64,000 nucleotides of DNA. Source: a virus. The stretch lies in IMG/VR virus record IMGVR_UViG_3300030098_004740, positions 28,626-92,625 of that record. One strand, 5' to 3'. Made by a program: the position numbers and the translations under genes. Shown here piece after piece: positions 21,168 through 31,427 of this stretch. Below the pieces are notes generated by a model. That model saw only the letters and a list, made by a program, of their open reading frames with translations. It had not been told where the DNA came from and did no database searches. Every line of letters starts with the position of its first letter. Positions within the stretch are counted from its first letter, which is position 1.

Positions 21168-21955
21168 TATGTCTCTACTTCAATAAGCCTCTTTGTTGCT
21201 GGAGGAAATTTGGCTTCAATCTTTCCAACTTCTTCTAGTACAAGAGCTAAGGCTTCTCTCATATTTTTATTTGAGAGGTTGCGAATAATGTTCTTCACAC
21301 GAAGAACTACAAATCCCCTATTAATTAATAAACCAGCTTTTTGAGCATCTGCTCGAATATGACGCTCAAGACTCTGCTGCCCCCAAATCGGTAAGAAATG
21401 AGCAGGGCCATCAATTTCAATGGCTGTTTTTAACGCAGGAATGAAGAGGTCAATTTCAAGATTTTCATTTTCCACTAATCCTCGCTTATGAAATATAACA
21501 TCATATCCAGCATCGGTCAATCCCTCATAGATGAATTTCTCAATTTTTGAGCCTTCTTTTGAAGCTTTTCTTACAGCTTCAGCAGCTAGCTTTCTCAGGT
21601 TAGCTTTGTCTTCGTCAGACATTTCCGCCCATTGTTTTTTGGAAAGTTCTGAACGCCTTTTTCGTTCATCTTCTTCCATTTCTTCCCAATAACTAGCCAT
21701 ACCATTACTGATTGCAACTTTTTCAGCTTCTGTTCTTTTCTTTCCTCTTGTTGGATGCTCATGCCTGCCATTTTCTATTGCTACAGTTTGAGCCGAGCTT
21801 TTGTCACGAAGATTAATCCCAAGAGTATTCAATGCTCTCCTGATTTTGTTCGGATAAGTTTTAAGCTCTTGAGCTATTTCATATGTACTTTTCTTTTCAT
21901 TGACGTATTGTTCAATGATATATTCCTTGTACTTGTTTATAAACGCACTACTCAT
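21167..21955 (-). CDS. Endonuclease of DUF559/Vsr-like fold with HTH and NUMOD3-like segment (homing-endonuclease-like)
   Basis: N-terminal HTH (STYEIAQEL), GKKRTEAEKVAIS, SKIE, EIDLFIP...AIEIDGPAHF, GFVVLRV. Confidence 0.7.
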   Translation of the reverse strand: MSSAFINKYKEYIIEQYVNEKKSTYEIAQELKTYPNKIRRALNTLGINLRDKSSAQTVAIENGRHEHPTRGKKRTEAEKVAISNGMASYWEEMEEDERKRRSELSKKQWAEMSDEDKANLRKLAAEAVRKASKEGSKIEKFIYEGLTDAGYDVIFHKRGLVENENLEIDLFIPALKTAIEIDGPAHFLPIWGQQSLERHIRADAQKAGLLINRGFVVLRVKNIIRNLSNKNMREALALVLEEVGKIEAKFPPATKRLIEVET

Positions 21956-22424
21956 TTGTTATCCTCACTATTTCTTTTATGTTAGTATTTTCTATTATAT
22001 AGTCAACTTTTCTATTTGAATAGTTTTCTATTGCTTTTGCGTGGTCTTTACTTCTGGCTATAAGCTTCGTTTCTTTAGGTATAAAAGCTTGTATTGTTTT
22101 TTCATATTCTCGTCCATGATTTCTAATCCACTCAAGGTCCCAAATATAAAAATACTTTGATTTTGGTGCAAAGCACTTATTCATTGAAAGCGAAGTAGAA
22201 ACATTTGTTGAGATAAGATTTCCACTAAAGTTCCATATTTCGCTCATAGACATAGTAGCGAAGTTAGGCTCGATAATATTTGCTGAAGAATTTTCAAAAA
22301 ATATTAAAAAGTCTTCTTTTCCTCCATCGTCAATGTAATCATTAATTCCTTTTATTAATGAAAACGATAATTCGCTAGCTGTAGTATCAGTTACTACAAA
22401 ACCTATCTGATTATTTTTTTGCAT
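21948..22424 (-). CDS. Hypothetical protein, possibly a GT-B N-terminal-like domain
   Basis: KYFYIWDLEW and LIARS resemble glycosyltransferase N-domains; lies in the sugar cluster. Confidence 0.45.
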   Translation of the reverse strand: MQKNNQIGFVVTDTTASELSFSLIKGINDYIDDGGKEDFLIFFENSSANIIEPNFATMSMSEIWNFSGNLISTNVSTSLSMNKCFAPKSKYFYIWDLEWIRNHGREYEKTIQAFIPKETKLIARSKDHAKAIENYSNRKVDYIIENTNIKEIVRITNE

Positions 22425-23364
22425 TAGCTTCTTCCTTGTTTAAGGAATACCATTCTACAGTTTTTGCAATGCCTTCTTTTACGTCAGTGGTTTCAATATC
22501 TATGTATTTTTTCATTTTTTCTACTGAAAGAAGCTTTTTCATTTGGCCATCAGGTTTTTCAGTATTCCAGAATATCTCTCCTTCATAACCTACAGCCTCA
22601 TTAATATATTCTACTAACTGCTTAATGCTTATGTCGCTTCCTGTTCCTATATTAAGTGGGGTTGTGTTGTCTTCATATTTCTGCAAAGCTTGAACTATTG
22701 CTTCAGCTGCATCATCTACATACATAAACTCTCTCATGGGAGATCCAGTTCCCCAACACTCAACCTGCTCCTCTTCTTTATGTTTTGCCTCTACGAACTT
22801 TCTAATCAAAGCTCCGACAACCTTTGTTCTGACTAAATTGAAGGTATCATTTGGCCCATAAAGATTTGTTACGCAAACAGAAACTGAATTGAATTCATAC
22901 TGCTTGCTATAAGCTTCAGAAGCAGCCTGCAAGACTCTCTTTGCTATCCCATGAGCGCGAATAGTCTCGTTTGGTAAGCCATTCCAAAACTGATCTTCTT
23001 CTAAAATTTCCATTCCCGTGTCTGGGTAAGCACAAGAAGTCATTATTGAAATAAGTTTTTTTACTCCTGCCCATTCGCAAGCGTGATGCAGGTTTAGTCC
23101 CATTACAGCATTTGAAAATAAAATATCTGCTGGATACATCCTATTAAACTCTATCCCTCCATTGTATCCTGCTGCGTGAATGCAATAGTCTGGTTTCACA
23201 GAATTTAAGTAGTGTATGAGTGTTTGCAAGTCATTGAGGTTTACATCCCCATGACGAAGAGCGATAGGTTTGGCTCCTTTTTCTATAAGGTTATCAACGA
23301 TAGCCCTTCCAAGAAAACCTTCTCCACCAGTGACTAAAACTATTTTGTCTTTAATATCTATCAT
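22411..23364 (-). CDS. GDP-L-fucose synthase (Fcl/WcaG)-family epimerase/reductase with variant active site
   Basis: GGEGFLG, AGYNGGIEFN, SCAYP, NLYGPND, WGTGSPMREF, KPDGQMKK. Confidence 0.85.
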   Translation of the reverse strand: MIDIKDKIVLVTGGEGFLGRAIVDNLIEKGAKPIALRHGDVNLNDLQTLIHYLNSVKPDYCIHAAGYNGGIEFNRMYPADILFSNAVMGLNLHHACEWAGVKKLISIMTSCAYPDTGMEILEEDQFWNGLPNETIRAHGIAKRVLQAASEAYSKQYEFNSVSVCVTNLYGPNDTFNLVRTKVVGALIRKFVEAKHKEEEQVECWGTGSPMREFMYVDDAAEAIVQALQKYEDNTTPLNIGTGSDISIKQLVEYINEAVGYEGEIFWNTEKPDGQMKKLLSVEKMKKYIDIETTDVKEGIAKTVEWYSLNKEEANAKK

Positions 23365-24296
23365 GCGTATTGATGTCTTATTTGTAATAAAGGTGCTACT
23401 TTGATTAGTTCTTGTATGCCAGTTTTCATATCTACTTCACATTGAAAACCTTCATCACTTAATTTATCGTAACTTACTTCATAGTCTCTTTGGTCTGCGT
23501 CTGTTCCTATTTCTTCATAGTGAACAAAACAACCAGTATTCTCTTTAACATACTCTGCTAGTTCTCTTTTTGTCCAGTTAAGATGATTAGCTCCACAATT
23601 ATATACCTTGTGTTTCCAATTACCCATATTCTCTACACCCATAGTAAAAGCTCTAGCCATATCTCTTACATGAATAAAGGTTCTACGAAAGTCTGCTTGA
23701 AAAATAGTTAGTATTTTGTTTGTAATAGCTTGGTAAACAAAGTCGTTTACAAGCAAATTCACCCGCATACATGGGCTAACACCAAACCCAGTTGCGAACC
23801 TAAATGAGACAGTGTTGTCTTGTGTACCCACCATCTCCTCTGCAACGCGCTTATTTACGCCGTAAAGCGACACGGCGTTTAATGGTGACTCCTCTACGCA
23901 TGTGCCTTCTACTTTGCCGTAGACGCTTCCTGTGGACGCATAAACGAAAGGCATTTTTGGGTTATAAGCCTCTCTTGCGAAGAGCATATTTCTAGTGCCT
24001 TCTACGTTGACCGCCGTGGCCAACGCAGGTTGGGATTTGCAAGCCGGAAAGCCAACAATAGCAGCAAGATGAATAATAGCGTCACACCCATGAACAGCCT
24101 CCTTCATTTGTTCTAAGACAGTAACATCACCATATTCAAACTCAAAGTTTGGATTTGTAGCTAGTGGAATTATTGCATCACATTGACCTTTGTGAAAGTT
24201 GTCAACGCATTTTACCTTGTAGCCCTTACCTAGTAGATGTCGGCATAGGACATTTCCTACATAACCACCACCGCCAGTAACTAGAATTTTAGTCAT
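23361..24296 (-). CDS. NAD-dependent epimerase/dehydratase (extended SDR)
   Basis: TGGGGYVG, HLAAIVG, STGSVYG, YGVNK; start moved to MTKIL, which has a GGTGGAG RBS. Confidence 0.9.
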   Translation of the reverse strand: MTKILVTGGGGYVGNVLCRHLLGKGYKVKCVDNFHKGQCDAIIPLATNPNFEFEYGDVTVLEQMKEAVHGCDAIIHLAAIVGFPACKSQPALATAVNVEGTRNMLFAREAYNPKMPFVYASTGSVYGKVEGTCVEESPLNAVSLYGVNKRVAEEMVGTQDNTVSFRFATGFGVSPCMRVNLLVNDFVYQAITNKILTIFQADFRRTFIHVRDMARAFTMGVENMGNWKHKVYNCGANHLNWTKRELAEYVKENTGCFVHYEEIGTDADQRDYEVSYDKLSDEGFQCEVDMKTGIQELIKVAPLLQIRHQYA

Positions 24297-24660
24297 CGTA
24301 TACTCCACCAGAATCAAATCTGATTATGTCATTTCTTTCTATTGGGTCTATCCAATATATTTCTAAAGCTTTAGTATCTTCTATTGCTTCAAATCTATGT
24401 TGAACATTAGGAGGAACATCCGAGAACATACCTTCATAAAGAATCGTCTCATCCTCACTATCCTGCTGATATATAATAACCTTTAAAGCTCCTTCTAGCA
24501 CAATAAATCTGTTCCATTTATTTGCGTGCTTATGTTTGGAACAAAAGCCATCCTTATCAGCTTCAATATAATGGACTTCGCAAGAAGAGTTTTCAAAGAA
24601 GCAACTAGTTTGGCCCCATATTTTGCCCTGAGTTGCTCCGGTTAAAGTTTTATGCGACAT
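24289..24660 (-). CDS. Cupin-fold protein (possible sugar isomerase)
   Basis: GKIWG, CSKHKHANKWNRF, VPPNVQHRF. Confidence 0.75.
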   Translation of the reverse strand: MSHKTLTGATQGKIWGQTSCFFENSSCEVHYIEADKDGFCSKHKHANKWNRFIVLEGALKVIIYQQDSEDETILYEGMFSDVPPNVQHRFEAIEDTKALEIYWIDPIERNDIIRFDSGGVYDD

Positions 24661-24670
24661 ATTAAAACCT

Positions 24671-25576
24671 TTAAATTAAAATTCCCAAATGTTTAAAAGG
24701 TAAACCCTCTTCTATTTCTTTCAAATTCCATTGAGTATAAGCTAGGTTATTAAGCCATTGTTCTCTATCAAAAATTTTCGGATTGTTTATTTCTGATAAA
24801 TCATGGCTTGTTACATCCCAAGCTACAGATTTTTTACTAGTGACAAAAGACGGTATTCCTTCTATCACTGACTCTACACAAGAATTTGAGCTATGAGTAA
24901 CGACAGTTGCTGCCAAAGCAAAATCTTGTTCAATAGTTCTTCCAGTAGACAACCTAATTCCTTCTGGCAACGTAGGTCCTCTCAATTCAAGAGGATGACC
25001 TCTATAGATTATTTTTCGATCTGATTTTTCTAATAGAAACTCAAGAGTTTTTGTTAACCATTTTTGGTAGTCATCAAGGTCATTTACATTTGCATCATTA
25101 TAGGTTTGACCACAAAACAAAACGTATTTTCTTTTTTTGTCTGGTTCCTTCCAAGGCTTAAGTTCTACATTAAGGTCTTTAGCTCTATCACCGGGCATTT
25201 CTTCATTTTTAAAGTCTGCCTCATTGTTAATTTCATGTGCATAGTTTGTAAGACCGATAGAGTAATAGTTATCTCTTTTTATATAGCCACGTTCTCCTAG
25301 TATAGTTTTGAAGCCATTTTCTCTTTGTCTATCTGAAAGTTCTCTTCTTGGAAGATAGACGTTTGCAAAAATTTTCTTTTCTGCCCCCCAAACCATAACA
25401 TTTTTAGAAGGTTTGTAATCTTCTATGTTCAACATTTTGACGCCATAATTTGCAACAGCTTCCTCAAATCTTCTAAGCGATTTTTCAGGTCTTTTTAATG
25501 CTTTATTATCTTTAGAAGCCCTTACTTCAGGAAGCGTATTCGCAAGATACCTGTAATATAAAATAGGCTCATTCAT
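24671..25576 (-). CDS. Capsule-synthesis (KpsS/KpsC-like) GT-B glycosyltransferase
   Basis: GERGY, LFCGQ...DA, YRGHP, VVTHSSNSCVESVIEGIP, WLNNLAYTQW. Confidence 0.65.
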   Translation of the reverse strand: MNEPILYYRYLANTLPEVRASKDNKALKRPEKSLRRFEEAVANYGVKMLNIEDYKPSKNVMVWGAEKKIFANVYLPRRELSDRQRENGFKTILGERGYIKRDNYYSIGLTNYAHEINNEADFKNEEMPGDRAKDLNVELKPWKEPDKKRKYVLFCGQTYNDANVNDLDDYQKWLTKTLEFLLEKSDRKIIYRGHPLELRGPTLPEGIRLSTGRTIEQDFALAATVVTHSSNSCVESVIEGIPSFVTSKKSVAWDVTSHDLSEINNPKIFDREQWLNNLAYTQWNLKEIEEGLPFKHLGILI

Positions 25577-26510
25577 TTGGGGTATCCTCTATCGCTTTTA
25601 TTATGGCTTGTTTGGAGGTGTATTTTGGATTCCATCCAATAGACTTCATTTTACTATTTGATACAGAAATTATTCTATTATCCCCCTTCCAATTAGCAGA
25701 TTCTCCAAGCCATTCAATTTCTTTGTAAACTTCTAGTCCACTCATAACAGCTTTTGCAACCTCTTCAATATTTATTTGGTCGTCTGGGCATATATTATAT
25801 TCCCCAGAAACACTTTTCATAGCAAGCAAAAGAAGCGCTTCTGTTACGTCGTTTATATGACAATATGGTTTTGTAGAACCGGGTTTATCGCCAAGAGCTT
25901 CTAGGATTGGGTTATTTAAAATTTTATGCATAAAATCATAAACAACTCCGTGGGTAAGACCACGCCCAACAGTCGCACACATACGAGCCGAAACGCCTCT
26001 TATCTGTCCCGTACTGGTATAGTATTTGAGGATACTTTCCGAAGCTCTTTTAGTCATACCATAAATAGAAGTTGGATCTGTTTTATCCTCTTCGCCATAA
26101 GGTCTAAAAGTTTCTTCTTGAAACATCCAATCGCCATAGTTGATTACAGACGATGCCAGTATCACCCTAGCGCCTTTCGGCGCCCATTGACAGACTTTTT
26201 GAGTGCTTAATATGTTACTGTTTAGTATCTCAAAAGGTTCGTTTCCTTGCATCTTAACAGTAGCTTTTGAAGCCAGATGAAAAATGTAATCAAAGTCATA
26301 CTTTCGCATTATTGTTTTAAGCGTATAAAATTCAGGCTCGCTTTGGTCTGGATATCCTAAATCGCATGTATAATGCCTATCAACAAAAGGCGATGCGAAA
26401 GATTGTCTGCCAACAGTGACAATAGGGCCAAATATGTTTTTATAGGAGTGGAGTCTATGTATTAGATGACGGCCTATAAACCCACGACCACCAGTTACAA
26501 GCACGCTCAT
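25569..26510 (-). CDS. NAD-dependent epimerase/dehydratase
   Basis: TGGRGFIG, FHLAS, ASS, YGMTK, HGVVYDF, WKGD. Confidence 0.9.
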   Translation of the reverse strand: MSVLVTGGRGFIGRHLIHRLHSYKNIFGPIVTVGRQSFASPFVDRHYTCDLGYPDQSEPEFYTLKTIMRKYDFDYIFHLASKATVKMQGNEPFEILNSNILSTQKVCQWAPKGARVILASSVINYGDWMFQEETFRPYGEEDKTDPTSIYGMTKRASESILKYYTSTGQIRGVSARMCATVGRGLTHGVVYDFMHKILNNPILEALGDKPGSTKPYCHINDVTEALLLLAMKSVSGEYNICPDDQINIEEVAKAVMSGLEVYKEIEWLGESANWKGDNRIISVSNSKMKSIGWNPKYTSKQAIIKAIEDTPNE

Positions 26511-27559
26511 TCTTCGACTCCAAAAAGGGACATCTTTACATTAATACACTTTGCAGCTTCTTCTGGAAGATTAAGTTCCGTAAGTATCGAAGCGACTCTA
26601 TCAAAATAAGTATGGTTTTCTACGACAGATTCATAACCAGCTTTCATATGTTTGATTCGTTCATCTGGATTTTTTATATAGAAGTCTATTAGCTTCTTGA
26701 ATTCTTCTGGAGTCTTTGCAAAAACAATTTCGTTATTTGTGAAAACATCATTTGCCATTGATTCTACATAGTCAGAAATACAAAAACCTCCACTCATAAG
26801 AACCTTAAAAGGTCTTTCGATGATGTCGTATCCAAAATCTTGAGAATGTGGCTCACTAATATTTGGCGAGACAGTAGCAGAGGCAAATAAAGATCCGACA
26901 TTTTCAGAAGCTATACTCCCCATATATTGAACTACAGGCCAGTTTCTATTTCCAAATATCTTTATGTTGTAATCACCGACAGGGTGACATAGTTTGATCA
27001 AATACTTGTCCAAGCATTTTGCTTTGTAAGGCCAATATCCGCCAACAAATCCAATGTCACATTTGAGAACGTCCACTGGCGGTCTCAATCCAAACTCAAA
27101 TACATCAGCGCCATGTATTAAGGAAAAAGGCTTAATGCCAATGTCTTCCCATTTGTTATGCGTGTGCTTAATCCAGTTTTCGTGATAGTGGTTATGCACG
27201 AAGTCTGGTTTTCCCGTTTCTTTCTTTAGTCGTTCTAATAGTTTCTTTTCTTCTTTTGACGCTACTAAGATAGGATACTTATCAAGATCTATATCTTTTT
27301 GAATATCTCCCCAGTCTGAGCCACGCAGAACAACTTTCATATGAGGTCTGTGTTGGATGCATTTGAAAAGAGCTTCATCCAAGTGGTAACTTTGACCCAT
27401 AAAGATGTCTGGCTCAAACTCATCAAAAGCGTCAAATGCCGGAGTTTCATCCTTTTGCCATATACGGACTTCGTAGCCCATAGACGAAAAAACTTTTGAC
27501 CAAGATACTCTGATATAGTGATGGGCATTAAGTCCATCGCTACTTATTAGAACTTTCAT
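26507..27559 (-). CDS. CgeB-like glycosyltransferase
   Basis: CDIGFVGG, SPNISE...ERPFKVLMSGGFCISD, HTYFDRV. Confidence 0.8.
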   Translation of the reverse strand: MKVLISSDGLNAHHYIRVSWSKVFSSMGYEVRIWQKDETPAFDAFDEFEPDIFMGQSYHLDEALFKCIQHRPHMKVVLRGSDWGDIQKDIDLDKYPILVASKEEKKLLERLKKETGKPDFVHNHYHENWIKHTHNKWEDIGIKPFSLIHGADVFEFGLRPPVDVLKCDIGFVGGYWPYKAKCLDKYLIKLCHPVGDYNIKIFGNRNWPVVQYMGSIASENVGSLFASATVSPNISEPHSQDFGYDIIERPFKVLMSGGFCISDYVESMANDVFTNNEIVFAKTPEEFKKLIDFYIKNPDERIKHMKAGYESVVENHTYFDRVASILTELNLPEEAAKCINVKMSLFGVEE

Positions 27560-27689
27560 ACTTTTCTGCCGCTTCTTGTGCTTCTTCTATAGTGTGAAAA
27601 GGTCCAAGTTTAACCTTAACTTTGTTTTCCACATATTTCCAAGCATACCATTCATAGTTGTTTTTAATCCAACCCCAGTAGTTTCCCAT
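27540..27689 (-). CDS. 49-aa AP2-like mini-protein (not in the ORF track)
   Basis: My translation: MGNYWGWIKNNYEWYAWKYVENKVKVKLGPFHTIEEAQEAAEKYESSNK*. It fills the gap between its neighbours and carries an LG.F.T.EEA motif. Confidence 0.6.
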   Translation of the reverse strand: MGNYWGWIKNNYEWYAWKYVENKVKVKLGPFHTIEEAQEAAEKYESSNK

Positions 27690-27691
27690 TA

Positions 27692-28396
27692 TTATAAGTC
27701 CTTTAAAGAATCTATTTCTCTTATTGTCATGCCTTTTGGCTCTTTAGCTCTTATTGTAAAACCGTTTTCTATTATAATATTAAATAATTCAAAAAGATAA
27801 AGTTTGTTTTTTCTCTTATCGGTACAAAGACTTTTTAACATCTTAAATGCTCCATCTTCAATATAGGCTATTTGCGACCATTTACTTGGCAACCCATAAG
27901 CAAATGTAGTTACTTTGTTTTCTACGACAGTTAAGCCTACTTCTTCTTCTTTGAATCTATTTTTTGAATCGAAAACAACGCAAGTTCCAGATGAGGTTAT
28001 TTCTCTTATGGAATAAACATTAAATATTAAGTCTCCATATATAATCAATGCGTTATCGTGAGCAGAGGCATTTATTCCTATTCTTAAGCTTTCTACAATA
28101 TTGGTTTTTTCGTAGTTTTGATTTTCTACTATTCTGACAAAACTAGGAAGGCTCTTTATAACCTTGTCAGCTTCAAACCCAACTACGACTATTATGTCGG
28201 AATATGGATATTCTCTTTTTATATTGGATACTGTTTTTTCTAGAATCGTTTCTTTTTGATTAGCTTTGAGCAAACACTTTGGTCCATACGACTTCATCCT
28301 GTGACCCATTCCTGCCACAGGTATGATTACTGTTAAAGGTTGGTCTGCTGATAAGCCGACACCTTTATCTTTTATTTTTGTCGTATGTCTGTTCAT
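27692..28396 (-). CDS. Nucleotidyltransferase (LicC/NTP_transferase-like)
   Basis: IIPVAGMGHRMKSYGPKCLL, VVVGF, ENQNYEKTN, IIYGD, EIDSLKDL. Confidence 0.8.
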   Translation of the reverse strand: MNRHTTKIKDKGVGLSADQPLTVIIPVAGMGHRMKSYGPKCLLKANQKETILEKTVSNIKREYPYSDIIVVVGFEADKVIKSLPSFVRIVENQNYEKTNIVESLRIGINASAHDNALIIYGDLIFNVYSIREITSSGTCVVFDSKNRFKEEEVGLTVVENKVTTFAYGLPSKWSQIAYIEDGAFKMLKSLCTDKRKNKLYLFELFNIIIENGFTIRAKEPKGMTIREIDSLKDL

Positions 28397-29157
28397 TGAG
28401 TTCTAGATTGCATTTTTTCCATTACTCTTAGCCAGTTTTTACGCCAAACTTCTTGATTGACAATAAACGAAGAGTTGTCCCCTGTAACCCTAACTTTGGT
28501 TAAAGATTCTGGCACATGAGCAATTATATATTTCTCACTTATTCTCATCCAAAGATCATAATCTTCACAAGTTCTCATGGTTTTATCGTAATAACCAGTC
28601 TCTTCCAAAACAGATTCAAGCGCTTCTTTTAGTATCAAAGATCCGCTATGCACAATGCATTCTTGAACAAGTCTTTTCCTGCTATAAGGCTCTTTAAATT
28701 CTCTAATGGTTCTATTGCTATTAACATGAAACGTATCATAGTCTCCATACACAACACCAACCATTCCTTCTCCACGAGCAAACACTGAAACACATTTGCT
28801 CACTTTACTTTCATACATTTCATCATCTGAATCAAGTATTGCGTAAATATCTGTATCTTCTAAGGTTTGTTTTATTCCTACGTTTCTAGCTTCACTTGGT
28901 CCAGAGTTTATATTTTTTATTGCAATAAAATTTGTATGTCCAAATCTTCCAGCACTTTTCTTTGTAAGAATATCTCCATCTTTGTTATCAAAGTATGAGC
29001 TTATAATTTCCCAAGATTCATCTTCTGACCCGTCGTCAACTATACATATAGTTAAAGGGCCGGGATAATCTTGATTGACTGCGCTTTCTATAGCGTTGTC
29101 AATATACTCTTCATCGTTGTAATTTGCTATTAAGATTGTGACTCTTGGTAAAGACAT
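28393..29157 (-). CDS. Glycosyltransferase family 2
   Basis: IANYN, IVDDGSED, GPSEARNVG, LDSDD, EDYDLWMR. Confidence 0.9.
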   Translation of the reverse strand: MSLPRVTILIANYNDEEYIDNAIESAVNQDYPGPLTICIVDDGSEDESWEIISSYFDNKDGDILTKKSAGRFGHTNFIAIKNINSGPSEARNVGIKQTLEDTDIYAILDSDDEMYESKVSKCVSVFARGEGMVGVVYGDYDTFHVNSNRTIREFKEPYSRKRLVQECIVHSGSLILKEALESVLEETGYYDKTMRTCEDYDLWMRISEKYIIAHVPESLTKVRVTGDNSSFIVNQEVWRKNWLRVMEKMQSRTQ

Positions 29158-29942
29158 CTTAGTTTATCCCAGTCTGTTATTAAAGAATTAGATTCTAGTG
29201 TTTGGTCGAACTCTTCACCTTCTATAAGCTTGGTTTCAAACAGCGCTCCTCTATACCCATAGAGATATTTGTAAAGAACTGCTTGATGAAGTGTTCCACT
29301 CAAATTGTCTCCGTTCTTGACAAGAGCGACACTCTTTAGCTTTTTGTTCAAGGCGTAATGAAGCAAATCAGACGCATCTTCTGGAACTTCATCTCCGCAC
29401 TTTAATCCCATGTAAAAACCATTCGCTGATAATCTAAATGAATCGTCTAGAATGGCTTCAAAAGACATATCTTCACCAACACAATGAACTCTAAAGTCTG
29501 AGCCATACAAATCTTCTAGCTCTGCTTTTACATGTTGAAGTATTGGCATATAATCTTCAGGAGAAGTGCAAGTTACCAAGACTCGTTTTGGTGGATATTT
29601 TTGTCTTTTAATTGATTCAAGAGTTTTTTGAAAATTATCCTTATCGAGGCTATCCATTACAATGCAGTAATTTATTTTAGGATATGTCTCTTGGTTTAGT
29701 TGCTCTATGAGGTTTTTGTCTGAATGAGCGGTCTTCCACAACTCTTCTCTATAAGTGGAACACCAAGCCTTGACAACAAAAAATTCTTTATCTTCGTCAT
29801 CAAAAGCTTCGATAATTGGTGTTTTTCGTTCTTTGTATAATTTTATTTTTCCAAGATCGCAACCAATCTGAGTGTCTTCTTCCCAAGTGGCAAAAATGCA
29901 ATCTTTGCAAGAGGTGTTTATTTCTTGTAATAATTCTTTCAT
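29130..29942 (-). CDS. Degenerate GT-A-like protein with N-terminal Cys cluster
   Basis: CKDC...C...C, then KTLESIKRQKYPP as in GT2 N-termini; no clear DxD motif. Confidence 0.5.
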   Translation of the reverse strand: MKELLQEINTSCKDCIFATWEEDTQIGCDLGKIKLYKERKTPIIEAFDDEDKEFFVVKAWCSTYREELWKTAHSDKNLIEQLNQETYPKINYCIVMDSLDKDNFQKTLESIKRQKYPPKRVLVTCTSPEDYMPILQHVKAELEDLYGSDFRVHCVGEDMSFEAILDDSFRLSANGFYMGLKCGDEVPEDASDLLHYALNKKLKSVALVKNGDNLSGTLHQAVLYKYLYGYRGALFETKLIEGEEFDQTLESNSLITDWDKLRCLYQESQS

Positions 29943-30403
29943 GGTCTAGTTGCCTCTAATATAGCTCTGATTCCTGAAATTCTCTTTTTAGTAACAACCA
30001 ATCCTAAAGATGTCAAAAAATCAGCAAGTTCTTCTACACTGCTATGGCTAAGCCTTACATCCCAAGGAGCTTGAAAAGTTCCATGTATTATTTTATTGAA
30101 TTGGTCTATGTTTATTTCTTTATCTAAGAAAGATTTGCAAACTTGATGAGTGTCAACAGAAGTTATTACTATTTTTCCTTTGTGTCTAATCTTTTTTACC
30201 CAATGCTTAAGGACTGTAAAAGATTCTTCTCTGTGCAAAAAGTCGATAACATCTTCGCAGATTATTTCAGTGCATTCTGCATCAGAGGCTATTGGGTCTA
30301 TATTTCTGATGTCTACCGCAATGTCATCAAACTTGCTTATAGGATCTATATTTATGTAGCCATTGAGCTTTTCTCTTTGGCCAACGGATATTCTTATTTT
30401 CAT
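29939..30403 (-). CDS. SAM-dependent methyltransferase-like protein (degenerate)
   Basis: GYINID...DIRN...EIICEDVIDF...WVKKIRHKGKI pattern; the Gly-rich motif I is eroded. Confidence 0.55.
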   Translation of the reverse strand: MKIRISVGQREKLNGYINIDPISKFDDIAVDIRNIDPIASDAECTEIICEDVIDFLHREESFTVLKHWVKKIRHKGKIVITSVDTHQVCKSFLDKEINIDQFNKIIHGTFQAPWDVRLSHSSVEELADFLTSLGLVVTKKRISGIRAILEATRP

Positions 30404-30404
30404 C

Positions 30405-31427
30405 TTAGCCTCTATAAATGAATTGCGAAGATATTTCTAAAGTCCGATTCCAACTGTCAACAAATTTTGAAGTAGAATACTTTTCTGTAATTGTATTTCT
30501 TGCATTACTTCCTATTTTTTTTGCTAAGTCTTCGTTATTTAGAAGATCTACCAAATATTGTTTTAGCTCTTCTGGATCATTACTAATAAACCCATTGACT
30601 CCGTTCTCTATTATTTCCGGTATCATGCATGTTGCAGTGGTGACTACCGCACATCCACAAGACATAGCTTCCATAAGTGCTGTTGGAACTGGAGATATTG
30701 TTGAGGTATTAAGAAATATCCTACTGTTTTGGTAGGTGGCGACAAGCTCTTCAATTGAAGCAGCTGGTTTAGATAGACCCGGAGTATCGCCAACCACCTT
30801 GTGTGGTAAACCCTTTATTACATCTTGCCATAAACTAAATCCACAACACCAGTCTCTATTTACCCAATCATTTACAACAGATAGAATTTCGTCGCTTCTA
30901 TCTCCTTCTAAAGGGCAAAAAAGTTCAGTGTCTATGCCGTGAGTTATAACTTGTGTATCATCTTCAAGGTCGCGATTATCCCAACCCCAAGCATTGATGC
31001 TGTAGTCTGATATAAAAACATTTACATGACCTCTCATTTCCCTTAGTTGATAAAGCATAGATTCACCCCAAGCAGGCATTGGCAATGTATGCTCTAGACT
31101 TACCAAAGGAAGGTGAAACTTAGTCGCAAGTTCTTTTGCAATTTGGAATTGACCAAACTTGTTCTGAGAAAGAATTAAATCAAAATCCACATAGTCGGGT
31201 ATTTGAGCTTCTCCTAAAGCCGGATCTAACAAAATATAGTTACTGGGAAGTTTAGCGTATGTTTCGTTCCAGTCTTTTATTCCCTCTGCTCTATAAGAAT
31301 AGAAATTATGACCAGTCTTACACAGCATAGTTTCATATCGTTCATGAGTTGGGAACGTTAATATATTCAATTTTTCTACCGGAGTTCTTGTAGCTCCTCT
31401 AATAATGGAAGACATCTTAGTTGGCAT
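30405..31427 (-). CDS. Glycosyltransferase family 4
   Basis: HGIDTELF, FLNTS..SPVPTALMEAMSCGCAVV, IIENGVNGF. Confidence 0.85.
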   Translation of the reverse strand: MPTKMSSIIRGATRTPVEKLNILTFPTHERYETMLCKTGHNFYSYRAEGIKDWNETYAKLPSNYILLDPALGEAQIPDYVDFDLILSQNKFGQFQIAKELATKFHLPLVSLEHTLPMPAWGESMLYQLREMRGHVNVFISDYSINAWGWDNRDLEDDTQVITHGIDTELFCPLEGDRSDEILSVVNDWVNRDWCCGFSLWQDVIKGLPHKVVGDTPGLSKPAASIEELVATYQNSRIFLNTSTISPVPTALMEAMSCGCAVVTTATCMIPEIIENGVNGFISNDPEELKQYLVDLLNNEDLAKKIGSNARNTITEKYSTSKFVDSWNRTLEISSQFIYRG

